Notes: a model not told the origin generated them from the sequence alone. DNA of 62,954 bases from a virus (IMGVR_UViG_3300021093_000072:1-62954), one strand, 5' to 3'; shown: positions 20,782-31,242, numbered from the stretch's first letter. Numbers and translations are program-made.

Positions 20782-21458
20782 TATTTTCTCCTGAACAGCA
20801 TGACCGAATCATGCATCCCAAACCACTGTGGTATTTCAGCATGACCTGCGATTGTCCAGTTGTTGTTGATCTCGCGCCAAAATTGTGGTGATCCAGTGGC
20901 TCCGCCCTCACTCTCGCCCACAAAAACTATCTTGTCACCTTTGAAGTTTCTGACAGCAGATGCCTGCCAATCGGCATCGCCCGAATCTTCTAAGTAGGGC
21001 CACACAAGCATGAGGGTATCGCCAGTTTCTGACCTAGAGGCATGCTCCTCTCCGCTCATCTTCTCAACCGGGTCGTAGACATGCCCATCTCGATCTGCTT
21101 CATTATCCCAGTTTTTGAAGAAATGGTTCTCATCGGGAGGATTTGGATCACTCGCTTCCACCGAAGCGCCCTCATCCCTGAGCAACTTTGCCCACAGACC
21201 GCGACCTGCGCCTATCTCTATTATCTTTCCGCCAGAAGACCATTTAACTATCTGCCTAATGACCTCTCGAGTGGGTACTGCCCAACTCATGCTGCGGGTG
21301 AATTTTGATCTCCTGGTGTACTCATCTGCCAACGAAATATGACGTGGACCAGTAGGGTGTTTTCGTGGCCCCATTGCTAATATCTTGTCGTATAGATCTT
21401 CAACACGATCTGATTCAGATGCAGCCTTGAACCAGTTTGTTAAATTATTTTGCACCAT
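20781..21458 (-). CDS. Class I SAM-dependent methyltransferase-like protein
   Basis: WAVPT, IEIGAGRGLWA, V.ASD, TLMLVWP, IVFVGE. Confidence 0.75.
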   Translation of the reverse strand: MVQNNLTNWFKAASESDRVEDLYDKILAMGPRKHPTGPRHISLADEYTRRSKFTRSMSWAVPTREVIRQIVKWSSGGKIIEIGAGRGLWAKLLRDEGASVEASDPNPPDENHFFKNWDNEADRDGHVYDPVEKMSGEEHASRSETGDTLMLVWPYLEDSGDADWQASAVRNFKGDKIVFVGESEGGATGSPQFWREINNNWTIAGHAEIPQWFGMHDSVMLFRRK

Positions 21459-21646
21459 GGTACTACGATTCCGATCTATATGGATCATTTACAGATATGC
21501 TATGTATGCACCTGTTGGCTATAAAACGCTTACTGCTGACCTACAAAAACACCTACAGGATGGGCGTTGCATCATAAAAACACCCATACAAATGTGGCGA
21601 ACCCCCTTTCAGGATGCCACCGCAACCAACGAGTTCATCTGGTTGT

Positions 21647-21916
21647 TCAGTTTTTCTTCGGGTGCGTCTCTTCGAGCTCCGCCATCCTGCGCTCGTCTTT
21701 TGCGAAAGCAATTCTATATGCGCGAAGAATCAATCTTTTCGGCTCATCCGGCAGCAGTCTGAAAGCATCGAATATGTTTCTAGTGTAGATGTTGCCTAAT
21801 TTTTTGAATATCATGTGCGTCACGCGCTCCTCAGCCTTCTTCTTTTCTGATCTAAGCTTCGCATCATCAGACACTTTCTTGTTTTTGTTCTTCTGGTTCG
21901 GCATTTCTGCCTCCAT
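21647..21916 (-). CDS. Hypothetical protein
   Basis: ORF tiles with a co-oriented run of small genes. Confidence 0.5.
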   Translation of the reverse strand: MEAEMPNQKNKNKKVSDDAKLRSEKKKAEERVTHMIFKKLGNIYTRNIFDAFRLLPDEPKRLILRAYRIAFAKDERRMAELEETHPKKN

Positions 21917-21923
21917 CTTTTTG

Positions 21924-22151
21924 TTATGCGACTACCTTGCCCGCCCACGGAAACGCTTTCCATTCCTTGAACGTGGTCACGTCCAAGTCAAACAACATCT
22001 GCATGAACCTCGCAGCGGCACGATTTGCTTGCTCATGATTTCCACCTTCATCCTGAAATGGCATTGCCACATTGCAATGCCAACTCCACGCATAACTGTG
22101 GTCCTCTTGAATCGCCTTCTTCAACGCCTCGAATGCTTCTTTCGTGTCCAT
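21924..22151 (-). CDS. Small phage protein
   Basis: YAWSWHCNVAM...ANRAAARFM pattern recognised from phage hypothetical proteins. Confidence 0.6.
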   Translation of the reverse strand: MDTKEAFEALKKAIQEDHSYAWSWHCNVAMPFQDEGGNHEQANRAAARFMQMLFDLDVTTFKEWKAFPWAGKVVA

Positions 22152-22242
22152 GTAGTCTCTACATTCACCGCCGCATAACAAAAAATCAATCGGAGCGGCG
22201 GCAGCGACGCGCATTGATTTCGGGCGATCACTCGCCGCCCAG

Positions 22243-22476
22243 TTATTTTGAGCATTGGTTGATGCTCTGGAGTTGAACTATCTTTCTTGACTGCCTCCTG
22301 ATGATCTCGTTCATGATCGAGAATCTCATGGATATCAATTTGAGGAGAGCTTTGACATTCGGATCTGCAGACAGTTCTTGATGATGAGAAATGGCATCGT
22401 GAAGAACTGTGAGAGCATCTCCTGTGCACACTCTATCAAAATCTATCTCCCCATTCCAGGCATTCATCCACGTCAT
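22243..22476 (-). CDS. Hypothetical protein
   Basis: ORF tiling. Confidence 0.5.
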   Translation of the reverse strand: MTWMNAWNGEIDFDRVCTGDALTVLHDAISHHQELSADPNVKALLKLISMRFSIMNEIIRRQSRKIVQLQSINQCSK

Positions 22477-22485
22477 ATAAGATCT

Positions 22486-23070
22486 TCACTCATAATCCTG
22501 GTTGTCGTCCTCTTCGTCCCTGTCTTCGTGATCGCTAAACCTCTCAATTGGATTCCCATACTGATCGGTCAAGACAACGCTTGGGTGTAGATCAGCCGTC
22601 TCGGAACTGTATGTTAAGGCACGCTTGTGCAGTTCTAGGTCGGTCTCTCTGATGTATTCAACATAAGAAGCATAGAGACTTATGGTCGATGAGATGGTCA
22701 GACTGTCCCCGTGTGAAAGATATATGCCCTTGGTTGGCGGATCTCCAGAGCCCGTCAACAGAAAACCTACACCTAGACCCGGCATCGTGTCTTCTAGATG
22801 TTCGTTAATGGTTGTTTCTCCATCAACAAAAAGCATTTCATCTTCCTTTTCAGATGAGGTATTATCAGGGTTCTCTAGTTCGTTCGGTTCAATCGGGAGT
22901 TCAAAATCCCGAGGAAGATGTTCTTCTTCGTTTGGCTCTTTGGTCATGTGTGGAACCTCCACACACTTTGTCGGCCTAATCGTCCTGCTCATAGTTGCGT
23001 CTCCTTCGTTTCTTGTGCCCATTTTTGCCGTTTTTCCCCTGCAGGCCAATGCAGGCCAATCATACGACAT
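22486..23070 (-). CDS. Acidic hypothetical protein (start uncertain)
   Basis: ORF tiling and composition. Confidence 0.55.
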   Translation of the reverse strand: MSYDWPALACRGKTAKMGTRNEGDATMSRTIRPTKCVEVPHMTKEPNEEEHLPRDFELPIEPNELENPDNTSSEKEDEMLFVDGETTINEHLEDTMPGLGVGFLLTGSGDPPTKGIYLSHGDSLTISSTISLYASYVEYIRETDLELHKRALTYSSETADLHPSVVLTDQYGNPIERFSDHEDRDEEDDNQDYE

Positions 23071-23093
23071 GACAGGCGTAAGATTCTGGGGTC

Positions 23094-23522
23094 ATGAAGA
23101 ACACAGCACACAACAATCGTAGCAAGAAGACTAACGTGACCGTCAAATCACTTAGGCAACTGAAAGGCAGATGTGTCGTCAGCCAACCTCACACCAGCAC
23201 CTGGAAAATCCTGACAGGTTCCGTGACTTCGAGGCGACCTCACGAAGAAGAAGAAGAAGAAGAAGAAGAAGTTTCCATGCATGCCATCACTACAGACGGG
23301 GTGGCGGAAAATAACCACATCTGCCTCCGTAAGATGGTACTAGAGGCTCGTGCCCGCGAGGGGGAGAGGATCCTGCATGCGGCCCGATTCCAAGAAATCT
23401 TGACAGAAGCCCTTGACAAGATTGAGGTTATAATCGTAGGCATGTCTCCGAATGACACTAGGGTTGCCAAGGTTATGGGTATCATCTCTAGAGCAAGGCA
23501 CATGTCTCAAGAGGTCGGATGA
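23094..23522 (+). CDS. Hypothetical protein (contains (GAA)9 at 23244-23270; may start at 23277)
   Basis: ATGA overlap with the next gene. Confidence 0.45.
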   Translation: MKNTAHNNRSKKTNVTVKSLRQLKGRCVVSQPHTSTWKILTGSVTSRRPHEEEEEEEEEVSMHAITTDGVAENNHICLRKMVLEARAREGERILHAARFQEILTEALDKIEVIIVGMSPNDTRVAKVMGIISRARHMSQEVG

Positions 23523-23992
23523 CCCTGTTGGTGGTAAAAAGCCTTGTGAACTGGTTCATGAAGGCTTCAAAAAACCACGGAGTAACCCTGCATTCAGGTA
23601 TGATATGCAAAAGGTCTCCCATACATGGTGTGGGAATTTTTGCTCCCCAAAAATACAGCAAGGGAGATGATACATACGAGATCATCTGCCCATGTGGTGA
23701 CGACAGTTGCAGGACAGAAGCATGTAGGCTCACAAACCACAGCAAAGATCCGAACATGTTTCTGGACCGAAGGGGTGACTCAGTGTGGGCCGTCGCAAAA
23801 AAGGAAATACCATGTGGCGAGGAGTGCACCATAGACTACAGGTCAGTCATGCCCATATTGACCACTGGCAGACCCATTGGGGCAGGCAGGATTTTGAGAC
23901 AGACTCCAGGAGTTGGAAGACTAGTCAGGGACGAGACTGGCTTGACGCTTCTTGATCAGCTTCAGGCGATTGAGGCTGGTCACTATCGGTAG
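23519..23992 (+). CDS. SET-domain protein (putative lysine methyltransferase)
   Basis: SPIHGVGIFA, TNHSKDPN, GEECTIDY. Confidence 0.85.
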   Translation: MTLLVVKSLVNWFMKASKNHGVTLHSGMICKRSPIHGVGIFAPQKYSKGDDTYEIICPCGDDSCRTEACRLTNHSKDPNMFLDRRGDSVWAVAKKEIPCGEECTIDYRSVMPILTTGRPIGAGRILRQTPGVGRLVRDETGLTLLDQLQAIEAGHYR

Positions 23993-24353
23993 GATATTCT
24001 TCGGGCTCTGCCATCTTTATGCCCTCGTCCTCCATGTACCCATAAAGAATTTTACATGCCTCGGTTACTAGCGCCCAGAGTTCATGCGGGTCTCCCTTGC
24101 TGAGTGACTTGTCATAATGCTCTGATGCTTTTGCAAGTGTGATCAGAGCCCTAAAAGAGGCATCCTTAAGCCTCTCAAACCTGCCCTCAAACTTGGTTCT
24201 TGCGTCAATGGCTCGAGCACAAGCCCTAACCACCTCGTCTCTGAGTATCCTTATTTCCTCGTGTGCTTCTTGGAGGAGTTGCCTGTTGTGCTGATGAGGA
24301 TTCATCAGTTCTGCTCGAAGCCTATCAAGTATGTGAGTTTTTGCTCTGTCCAT
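23925..24353 (-). CDS. Hypothetical coiled-coil protein
   Basis: 142-aa ORF. Confidence 0.5.
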   Translation of the reverse strand: MDRAKTHILDRLRAELMNPHQHNRQLLQEAHEEIRILRDEVVRACARAIDARTKFEGRFERLKDASFRALITLAKASEHYDKSLSKGDPHELWALVTEACKILYGYMEDEGIKMAEPEEYPTDSDQPQSPEADQEASSQSRP

Positions 24354-24553
24354 ATTCTATACCAAATTAATCATTTATCACAGAAATTCCATCCGTGAAA
24401 TTTTAAGATTTCACCCGCCGACACTCTACCGTTTCTTGCCATACAACCCACGAAAAATATTGTTTGAATTTTCAAATTTGCCATAAAGGTTTTCGATAGG
24501 TATTTTCATGATGATCATCAGCGATGCAAGAGTTGCACTTTTATGGTCGTCAC

Positions 24554-24859
24554 TCACGGTCGTATCGACATCATCCTTTTGATGTCTGCACGAAGAGATA
24601 AATTCTGATCTTTTATCTCCTGGATTTCAATGCGCAGCATTTCTGCTTCCGATTTGTGCCTGTCTAACTCTGAGAAGAGAAAATCACATGCGTGTCTTGA
24701 GGACATGGGTTCATGTCCTCTTTTTTGAGCCTCAAGCCACAACTGGCTTAGGATCCTGTTAGGAGTTCCAGGTTCGGCAATGTCCTCCCACATCCTCACC
24801 ATAGAGCGCAAGACTACATTCTCTTTATCTGCATCTTCCGCTGAACGCTTGATATTCAT
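24554..24859 (-). CDS. Hypothetical protein
   Basis: ORF with coiled-coil C-terminus. Confidence 0.5.
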   Translation of the reverse strand: MNIKRSAEDADKENVVLRSMVRMWEDIAEPGTPNRILSQLWLEAQKRGHEPMSSRHACDFLFSELDRHKSEAEMLRIEIQEIKDQNLSLRADIKRMMSIRP

Positions 24860-25127
24860 AGATTCACTCTTTTCATTCGATTTTTTAATCCTGGAAAGTT
24901 CTGCAACCGCATGCGGTCTAATCTATCGATGAATGCAAACTGCATGATCCTAGCCAGTTAGAAACGATAAGTGCAACGAAGATGATGGAAAATATTGTCA
25001 ACAAGATAACACTCAAGTTCATTGTCAAGCAAGATCCAATGAATAAACTACGGCCGATGGAGTTACGAATCCTCCTGAAGGCTATTGTTGTGCACGCATT
25101 CATCTTCCTGAGAGCATTCAATAGTTG

Positions 25128-25358
25128 CTACCTGTCATTTTCACCACCGTTCAGGAGGTTGAAAACTTCGTACACAAGCCCGACAAGACCCGTCAGTGAG
25201 CCTTCGCCTGTCTTCTCGTCGTAATAGCCGTCACAATCGAATTTTTCGAGATATTCTAGGATGTCAACATCGGAGAACAACCTGTTTGCATGTTCATTCA
25301 CCACTATTGATTCTCCTCTCCAAAAGTCTGATCTTCCTAGTGAGCCGCACAAGTTCAT
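25128..25358 (-). CDS. Hypothetical protein (start probably near 25300)
   Basis: ORF tiling. Confidence 0.4.
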   Translation of the reverse strand: MNLCGSLGRSDFWRGESIVVNEHANRLFSDVDILEYLEKFDCDGYYDEKTGEGSLTGLVGLVYEVFNLLNGGENDR

Positions 25359-25584
25359 CTATTGCCTCATCCACAATGATCTGATCCATGGTGGACATGA
25401 CCAAGTTATGCCTGTATGACTTCAACTTTTGTAGCGTGATGACGTCAGACCCGATAACAGACTTGTTCAAAATCCTGATTTCTTCCGCCGCAGAGATGAG
25501 AACATCTCGGTCGCCGCTATCAGGCATGACACAGCCTTCAATTTTGGCGATGATAGACTCTATCTTTTCTGCGAGACAGGTCAT
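25294..25584 (-). CDS. Hypothetical protein
   Basis: ORF tiling. Confidence 0.5.
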   Translation of the reverse strand: MTCLAEKIESIIAKIEGCVMPDSGDRDVLISAAEEIRILNKSVIGSDVITLQKLKSYRHNLVMSTMDQIIVDEAIDELVRLTRKIRLLERRINSGE

Positions 25585-25639
25585 TGATCAAGAGGATTTT
25601 ACGCTCCTGAAGGCGGTAGTCGAGAGATATTGTGACAAA

Positions 25640-26506
25640 TCAATCCATGAATGAAGCAGCCATTTTGGCCTCCTCGTCATGAATTCTGCGGTCGTATCTG
25701 ACTGTTGTCTGCGGGTTTGAGTGGCCAGCCATCTTCATGGCAACAGAGATGTCTACCCCGCCAAGCCACTCTCCGATGGCGGTACGCCTCAGGTCGTGTG
25801 GCGTAAACGACACCCCGGCCTTGGCCGCCACCCTGCGGATTATCTTGTTGATGGCTCGGCTAGTTATAGGTCTGTGGTACCTCACAAAGGCTCCACACTC
25901 GTGTGGGAGGATATAGAAGCCATCCCTGTCTCTTCCCCTAACGGACAGGTATGCCAGGAGGTCGGCACTTGCCTTCTCTCCAAGAGGAACCTGGCGCCGC
26001 CTGCCACCCTTGCCTATAACATTCACATGGGACATGTCAGGCGAAAAGTCCGTGGTTCTGAGGACTGTCACCTCAACCCTCCGTAGACCCGCCAGGAGCA
26101 GCCTCACCACGGCCCTATCGCGAAGACCTTGGTGGCCATCCCCGCACGCCTCGATGATCTTGTACCTGTCCTCGCGATCCACATGGCGCCCGCACGGGGG
26201 GGATGCCGGGCGGCTCCAGCGGAGGCTGGTGACCCTCTGGAGGTCTTCGTGGCTCTTGAGACCAAGACGCCAGCATTCCCTGATGACCTCCCTGACAAAA
26301 CTCATCTCTTTGGCAACCGTTGCCTGTGACTTACTATGCCCTAGGTGTGATGCTAGCCTGCTGAGGTCATCAACCCCCACCATGTGCCATGCTGCCGCCC
26401 CCTCCCCAAAAAGGAAGACCTCTGCCGACCTGATTGATCCTGAAGCAGAAACCTTAGACAGTGGTGCAAGTCTACTGAGCCAAGATTCGACTGGGTTCTT
26501 GTCCAT
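25640..26506 (-). CDS. Tyrosine recombinase/integrase (XerC/D-like)
   Basis: GLRRVEV (R), GKGG (K), PHDLRRT (HxxR), GHS..TT.RY (H, Y). Confidence 0.92.
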   Translation of the reverse strand: MDKNPVESWLSRLAPLSKVSASGSIRSAEVFLFGEGAAAWHMVGVDDLSRLASHLGHSKSQATVAKEMSFVREVIRECWRLGLKSHEDLQRVTSLRWSRPASPPCGRHVDREDRYKIIEACGDGHQGLRDRAVVRLLLAGLRRVEVTVLRTTDFSPDMSHVNVIGKGGRRRQVPLGEKASADLLAYLSVRGRDRDGFYILPHECGAFVRYHRPITSRAINKIIRRVAAKAGVSFTPHDLRRTAIGEWLGGVDISVAMKMAGHSNPQTTVRYDRRIHDEEAKMAASFMD

Positions 26507-26527
26507 TCTGTTTCCTGATAGTTAAAG

Positions 26528-26788
26528 TCATTCGGATATGTGCCACAGGAGGTCGTCCATCCACTGGTGTTTCAGCCTACAGGCTTTGTACTCAGTTGTC
26601 AACTTCAAATTCTGCCTAATCTTGTTCATCTGCTTTGCCTCGTGCTCAGCAGCCTTTCGAGACCTAAAGACGAGATACCTACAACCCATGCCAGGAATGG
26701 AATCCTGAAGAATGAGTACATTCCCATGTTTATCCTGCTCTCCGCAGATGACGACCCATGATTCAGGCGGCAGTCTTCCTTCGGTCAT
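26528..26788 (-). CDS. Hypothetical protein
   Basis: ORF tiling. Confidence 0.5.
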   Translation of the reverse strand: MTEGRLPPESWVVICGEQDKHGNVLILQDSIPGMGCRYLVFRSRKAAEHEAKQMNKIRQNLKLTTEYKACRLKHQWMDDLLWHISE

Positions 26789-26825
26789 GAGGTCATCTTA
26801 CGACCTCAACGCCCTGCTGTCAAGA

Positions 26826-27749
26826 CTATTCTCGGTTGGCGGTTGGGTCGAAACCAACAGGCTGGTTCATGATTTTTTCAGCTTGTTCCACAGATGCTGC
26901 AAGATTGCGTGGGTGTAGAAGTTGCTTATTCCTCATGGCTTGTGTGATGAGTTGAAACAACTCTAAGTATCCATCTCTTTCCATCATTTTGAATATTATG
27001 TTACCTCTACCCCAGTTTTGACTCATTCTGCCATAACCTGCGGGCTGACTATAGGCATCCCCTCTGAGTTTTTTCAAACGCTTCAATGCCTCAGCCATCT
27101 CATGAGCTTGAGCTTCAAGCCACTTCCTATTCCTAGACTCGCTTGGCTTTCCTGATTCAAGTGCCTTTCTGCCCACCCTTGCCCAGGACCTCACCATCCC
27201 TCGCAACCTTTCCTCTATGCGACGGTACTCTAGGCGTTCCGCAGAACTTCCTGACTCAACAAATTGGGTATAATTCACTGAGGCAGCACTCGGATTTTGC
27301 CTCTTCACAAAGCGCTCTCTAGTGGGGTCGTAAATGGCATCAGCATTGGCACTTTGCGCCCCCACTGATGAATCTGGTTTTATCTTGAACTGGAATGGTC
27401 TCTTCCCAAAATACATGGTGTTGTCAACATTTTCTCCAATCCAATCGTTGATGACTTTAAACCTTGGATCTGTTTCAGGTATGTTGATGAAAACGGTGGT
27501 GTCTACATCGCTCTTGGGGGTGTATTGGAAAGTTACTGCTGCTCCGACGATTTCATAATGCGTGATCTTGACCCCGGGATGTTCTTTTGACAGGTATGAC
27601 GATATGGTGGAGAGACCGCGCTGGATGTTATGTAACACTTCAGTCTTTAACTTCTCTGTTCCCGGCTCAAATACATCACTCAAATTGCTACTGGGACGAT
27701 CAACAACACCAGCCAATTTACCAGTTAGTCTAAAAATTGGCTTTTTCAT
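26826..27749 (-). CDS. Pol-beta superfamily nucleotidyltransferase-like phage protein
   Basis: IVGAAVTFQYTPKSDVD (G..DxD) and C-terminal GNIIFKMMERDGY. Confidence 0.65.
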   Translation of the reverse strand: MKKPIFRLTGKLAGVVDRPSSNLSDVFEPGTEKLKTEVLHNIQRGLSTISSYLSKEHPGVKITHYEIVGAAVTFQYTPKSDVDTTVFINIPETDPRFKVINDWIGENVDNTMYFGKRPFQFKIKPDSSVGAQSANADAIYDPTRERFVKRQNPSAASVNYTQFVESGSSAERLEYRRIEERLRGMVRSWARVGRKALESGKPSESRNRKWLEAQAHEMAEALKRLKKLRGDAYSQPAGYGRMSQNWGRGNIIFKMMERDGYLELFQLITQAMRNKQLLHPRNLAASVEQAEKIMNQPVGFDPTANRE

Positions 27750-27869
27750 GCATTGCTCCGAGTATAATTATACAATTTTTTACCATGCTCCTTCATGGGA
27801 ATGTCACTGCGTAATTACAGTATCGTGCATGTTCATAAGGTTTTTTCGACTTCTACCGTATAATTATGT

Positions 27870-28247
27870 ATGTGGCTGATCAAGACATCGATAGACAGGT
27901 CTAGTATTCACGGATTTGGTTTGTTTGCTCAAGAAGATGTGCCTGCTGGCGCACTGATTTGGCGCAGGAACCCGTCCATCGACATCAAGGTTGAGTGGAG
28001 CGATCAGGTGATAAACTCCATGCCGTCGCATGTCGCAAAGTCAGTTAGGTTAAGAAGTTATGTTGACCATTCGACAGGCGTCAGAACCTTCGGGATTGAC
28101 GGCGATGCATTTGTGAATCATCAAGACATCCCAAATGTTGTGTTTGATTCAAATGGAGATGGCTATGCCTCAAGGCGCATAATCATCGGAGAAGAGATCA
28201 CTAACAACTATCAGGACATAGATCTCTCTTTTTCCCCTCTGCATTGA
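27870..28247 (+). CDS. SET-domain protein
   Basis: SSIHGFGLFA, FVNHQDIPN, GEEITNNY. Confidence 0.88.
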   Translation: MWLIKTSIDRSSIHGFGLFAQEDVPAGALIWRRNPSIDIKVEWSDQVINSMPSHVAKSVRLRSYVDHSTGVRTFGIDGDAFVNHQDIPNVVFDSNGDGYASRRIIIGEEITNNYQDIDLSFSPLH

Positions 28248-28330
28248 CATCTAACTTGCGCATGATAGGTGCATGCGCAGGTCACCGATGGGAAACTTTC
28301 ACACTTGCCTCAAGTATGGCTGCAGTACCG

Positions 28331-28729
28331 TCAGGAGCTTGCAGATTTGCGCAACTCCTTCAATCGAGATAAGTCTTTTACTTTGGTTCTGCCATTATAT
28401 GCCCAGGCATAGCCAAGTTTTACCATTATGTCATTAATGACTTCTCCAGTGGACTCACTTATAATGCCGAGCAACCTGCCATATTTATCATCTTTGAATG
28501 TCCTGATGACCAAATTGTCCTTATGTTTTTCAATCCAAGATGTAAGAAATACCTTGGACTCTTCACTCATAGACTTTTCTTCTAGGTTTTTTGAATGAGT
28601 TTCAGGGGTATCAATCCCGTGCAAGCGGATTCTTTGTTTGCAAAATACGCCAAATCCAAGATCCATAGTGCAGTCGAGGGTGTCTCCATCCACAACCTTT
28701 TCGACAGAACTAATTTTATATTCGTACAT
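28331..28729 (-). CDS. Thermonuclease (SNase-like) family protein
   Basis: VVDGDT, RL.GIDTPE, DKYGRLL, GYAW.Y.G. Confidence 0.92.
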   Translation of the reverse strand: MYEYKISSVEKVVDGDTLDCTMDLGFGVFCKQRIRLHGIDTPETHSKNLEEKSMSEESKVFLTSWIEKHKDNLVIRTFKDDKYGRLLGIISESTGEVINDIMVKLGYAWAYNGRTKVKDLSRLKELRKSASS

Positions 28730-28800
28730 AAAGAGTATTACTTGTCTTTGTTTGGTATGTCCTCTGAAGGTGTAAAGGTTGATTTGGGAGAAAAATAATC

Positions 28801-29754
28801 ATGCCGAATGTGGTATCAGACAATCTGCAGAGCAAGCATGCTGACATATTCTTACATGAGGTGTCAAAGAGGTTACCACCACCAAGCTTAAAAGCCATAA
28901 CAATGCTATTAAATACTACCGATCAGGAACTCAGTACTAGACCTGACCCTCCAAATGTCAATGTCGAGTTAAAAAACATAATCATGAATGCTCTTGATGA
29001 GGCCTACATGGCATATCCAGCTCCTCAACTCATTAATCACAAATCATCTGATTTACTGATAAAAAATCACATTATGTTCGTAATATCCCGTTATGGTTTA
29101 ACACAAACTTCAGAAGATAAAGTGAGCCGTCAGGTGGATGAATTGGTCACGAACTTCGTCTCTAAAATAACAGGAAAAAAAGGTACCAGCCGTGACCAAG
29201 CAATTAAAACTATGAACGAGCAATTTGACAATGTGTGCAAATCAGGACGAGATTCAGATTGGTACATCGATTTTATTGGTCATTTAGTAGATTTTCACGA
29301 TGTCCTCTGGGTAAAAAAAGAATGTTTTGAACTGTTAGTCAATGCTTTGGAGGAAATAGGTTGCCCGGAATTTTTGCGTAGATACCCTAGCCAAGGGCAA
29401 CATTTGATAGCAACCATAGTAGATGCACTCAATAACAATGCAACCCTGCCACCCAAAATCCTCAAGGAGGCGGTCATGATGATCAATTCTGATCCCAGTC
29501 TCGCACGCACAATTTATGATATCTTTGGGGTGCGAGGTTTCAAAAATCCTAGCTATATGGTGAAGCGGCAGATGGACACATTGCTGACATCGGTTGCACT
29601 TTTAGGGGAAGAACAGAGCAGAGATGTTCTGTTTTCGATATCCGAAACATCTCAAGCACTTAACAATACACAGTTACAACAACTAGAATCTGGATATCTT
29701 ATAGACTCCATAACGGGGAAACTTTACGATCCAAATAAATCCAATAGCCCATAA
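28801..29754 (+). CDS. Hypothetical protein
   Basis: 317-aa ORF with no competing long ORF. Confidence 0.65.
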   Translation: MPNVVSDNLQSKHADIFLHEVSKRLPPPSLKAITMLLNTTDQELSTRPDPPNVNVELKNIIMNALDEAYMAYPAPQLINHKSSDLLIKNHIMFVISRYGLTQTSEDKVSRQVDELVTNFVSKITGKKGTSRDQAIKTMNEQFDNVCKSGRDSDWYIDFIGHLVDFHDVLWVKKECFELLVNALEEIGCPEFLRRYPSQGQHLIATIVDALNNNATLPPKILKEAVMMINSDPSLARTIYDIFGVRGFKNPSYMVKRQMDTLLTSVALLGEEQSRDVLFSISETSQALNNTQLQQLESGYLIDSITGKLYDPNKSNSP

Positions 29755-29788
29755 AAGGACGGCATTGGAAAAGATCTAAAATAATACC

Positions 29789-30163
29789 ATGAACATGATA
29801 TCTACATTCTTGTGCATGCAGTCACAGATAAAAGTTTGGCATTGGCAGACGCAGTCTTATGCCGAGCACAAGGCACTTGGCAAGTTGTACGAAACACTAG
29901 ATCCACTTGTAGACGACTTCGTGGAGACCTTTGCAGGCGTCTCAGGAGTACCCAAGACCAAGGATTCTTTCCGAACTGAGTGCACAAATCACCCAGGCTC
30001 TGATGCCATCATGAATTACCTGACAGAAAAAGTAGAATGGCTCAATGGCGAGTTACCATCACAGATATCTCAGGTTTCTGTAGAAAGATCAGACCTGATG
30101 AACATCATAGACGAAATGGTGGCAGCCATAAATAAGACAAAATACCTACTGCGACTGAAGTGA
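29789..30163 (+). CDS. Ferritin/Dps-like four-helix protein (DUF5856-like)
   Basis: HWQTQSYAEHKALG.LY..L..LVD.FVE, DL.NI.DEM...INKTKYLL. Confidence 0.85.
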   Translation: MNMISTFLCMQSQIKVWHWQTQSYAEHKALGKLYETLDPLVDDFVETFAGVSGVPKTKDSFRTECTNHPGSDAIMNYLTEKVEWLNGELPSQISQVSVERSDLMNIIDEMVAAINKTKYLLRLK

Positions 30164-30213
30164 CCGCAGTTTGAGGTTCGGGCGCATTAGAATGATGTGC
30201 TAGTCTTTTTACA

Positions 30214-30567
30214 TTAAGTTTCTGATGAAGACCATACATCAAACATGGCAAGCGATGGGCTTTTCCCGACACCCATGATGCTTGAATGTTCATTCGAGCA
30301 AGATATACTGAAAAGGACTACCTTATTTCCATCGACCTGTTCGATACTGATCTTTGTCCACATCCTTCTAAGGGCGGAAAGCATTTTGCCAGATATGGCC
30401 TCTTCGGCTTCAGAAAGTGATATTTTAGACCTGAAAGAACCGTGATGCCAGCACCACCCGTCATCACATCTGATAAGCTTGTATTTCCCAGCAGTTGGTT
30501 GCAGGAATGGGAAGTCTTCCCAGAGCGCAAGAGCACGTGCAGCTATTTCCCTATCAACCTGAACCAT
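30214..30567 (-). CDS. Hypothetical protein (3' part of ORF 30214-30786; start approximate)
   Basis: Tiles after 30554-31054. Confidence 0.4.
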   Translation of the reverse strand: MVQVDREIAARALALWEDFPFLQPTAGKYKLIRCDDGWCWHHGSFRSKISLSEAEEAISGKMLSALRRMWTKISIEQVDGNKVVLFSISCSNEHSSIMGVGKSPSLAMFDVWSSSET

Positions 30568-31054
30568 CATGCTTGAACATGACCATGACAGAGTCTTTTT
30601 TACACTTATCGCTCCTCGAATAGTTCCATTTGTCGACAGACTTGACAATACCAACTCCAGGTATGCGAGAACCGACTCGAATGGTTGGACCATCTTCAAA
30701 GTCAACGAAATCCACAGCGCCAGTTTCTGTGTTGGTGGAGAAGCGCATGAAAGCCGACTCTCCAGTGATGCTTGCTCTTCTATCATCTATCATGCGCAAA
30801 AATCTTTCTGCGCCATACCTGCTCCTGAACTTGATCTCTAGATTTTCATCACAAACCTTCTTCGCCCCCTTGCGGGAGATATTGCTCTTCAGCCCTTTGA
30901 AACATGATGAGGCTGGCGTTTTCGCAGACTCTGACCCCCGTGCCTTACGACTAGCCAAGTCTTCTAATGATCGACTATGGGATGATGATGGCGACTTCCT
31001 CTTCGCTGACTTCGACGATTTTGGAGATGCTGTTTTGCGTGCCTTTTTATTCAT
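30554..31054 (-). CDS. Hypothetical protein with basic N-terminus
   Basis: 166-aa ORF downstream of the tRNA. Confidence 0.5.
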   Translation of the reverse strand: MNKKARKTASPKSSKSAKRKSPSSSHSRSLEDLASRKARGSESAKTPASSCFKGLKSNISRKGAKKVCDENLEIKFRSRYGAERFLRMIDDRRASITGESAFMRFSTNTETGAVDFVDFEDGPTIRVGSRIPGVGIVKSVDKWNYSRSDKCKKDSVMVMFKHDGSG

Positions 31055-31081
31055 TTCTACCCTTATTGTTCACACGTCAAA

Positions 31082-31166
31082 TGTCGGTGACAGGAATCGA
31101 ACCTGTACAGCTTTTGAGGCCGGCGAATTTTAAGTCCGCTGCGTCTGCCAGTTCCGCCACACCGAC
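31082..31166 (-). tRNA. tRNA-Leu(TAA), no encoded CCA
   Basis: Minus strand: GTCGGTG/CACCGAC acceptor stem, TGGCGGAACTGGCAGACGC D-arm, GCGGA-CTTAAAA-TTCGC anticodon arm, long variable arm, GGTTCGATTCC T-loop. Confidence 0.95.
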
Positions 31167-31242
31167 ATTTTCCACGACAATCATACGCCTTGTGAAGTCT
31201 TGTATCCAAAAGTAGTCGAAAAACATGCTGAAGGAGGTAACC

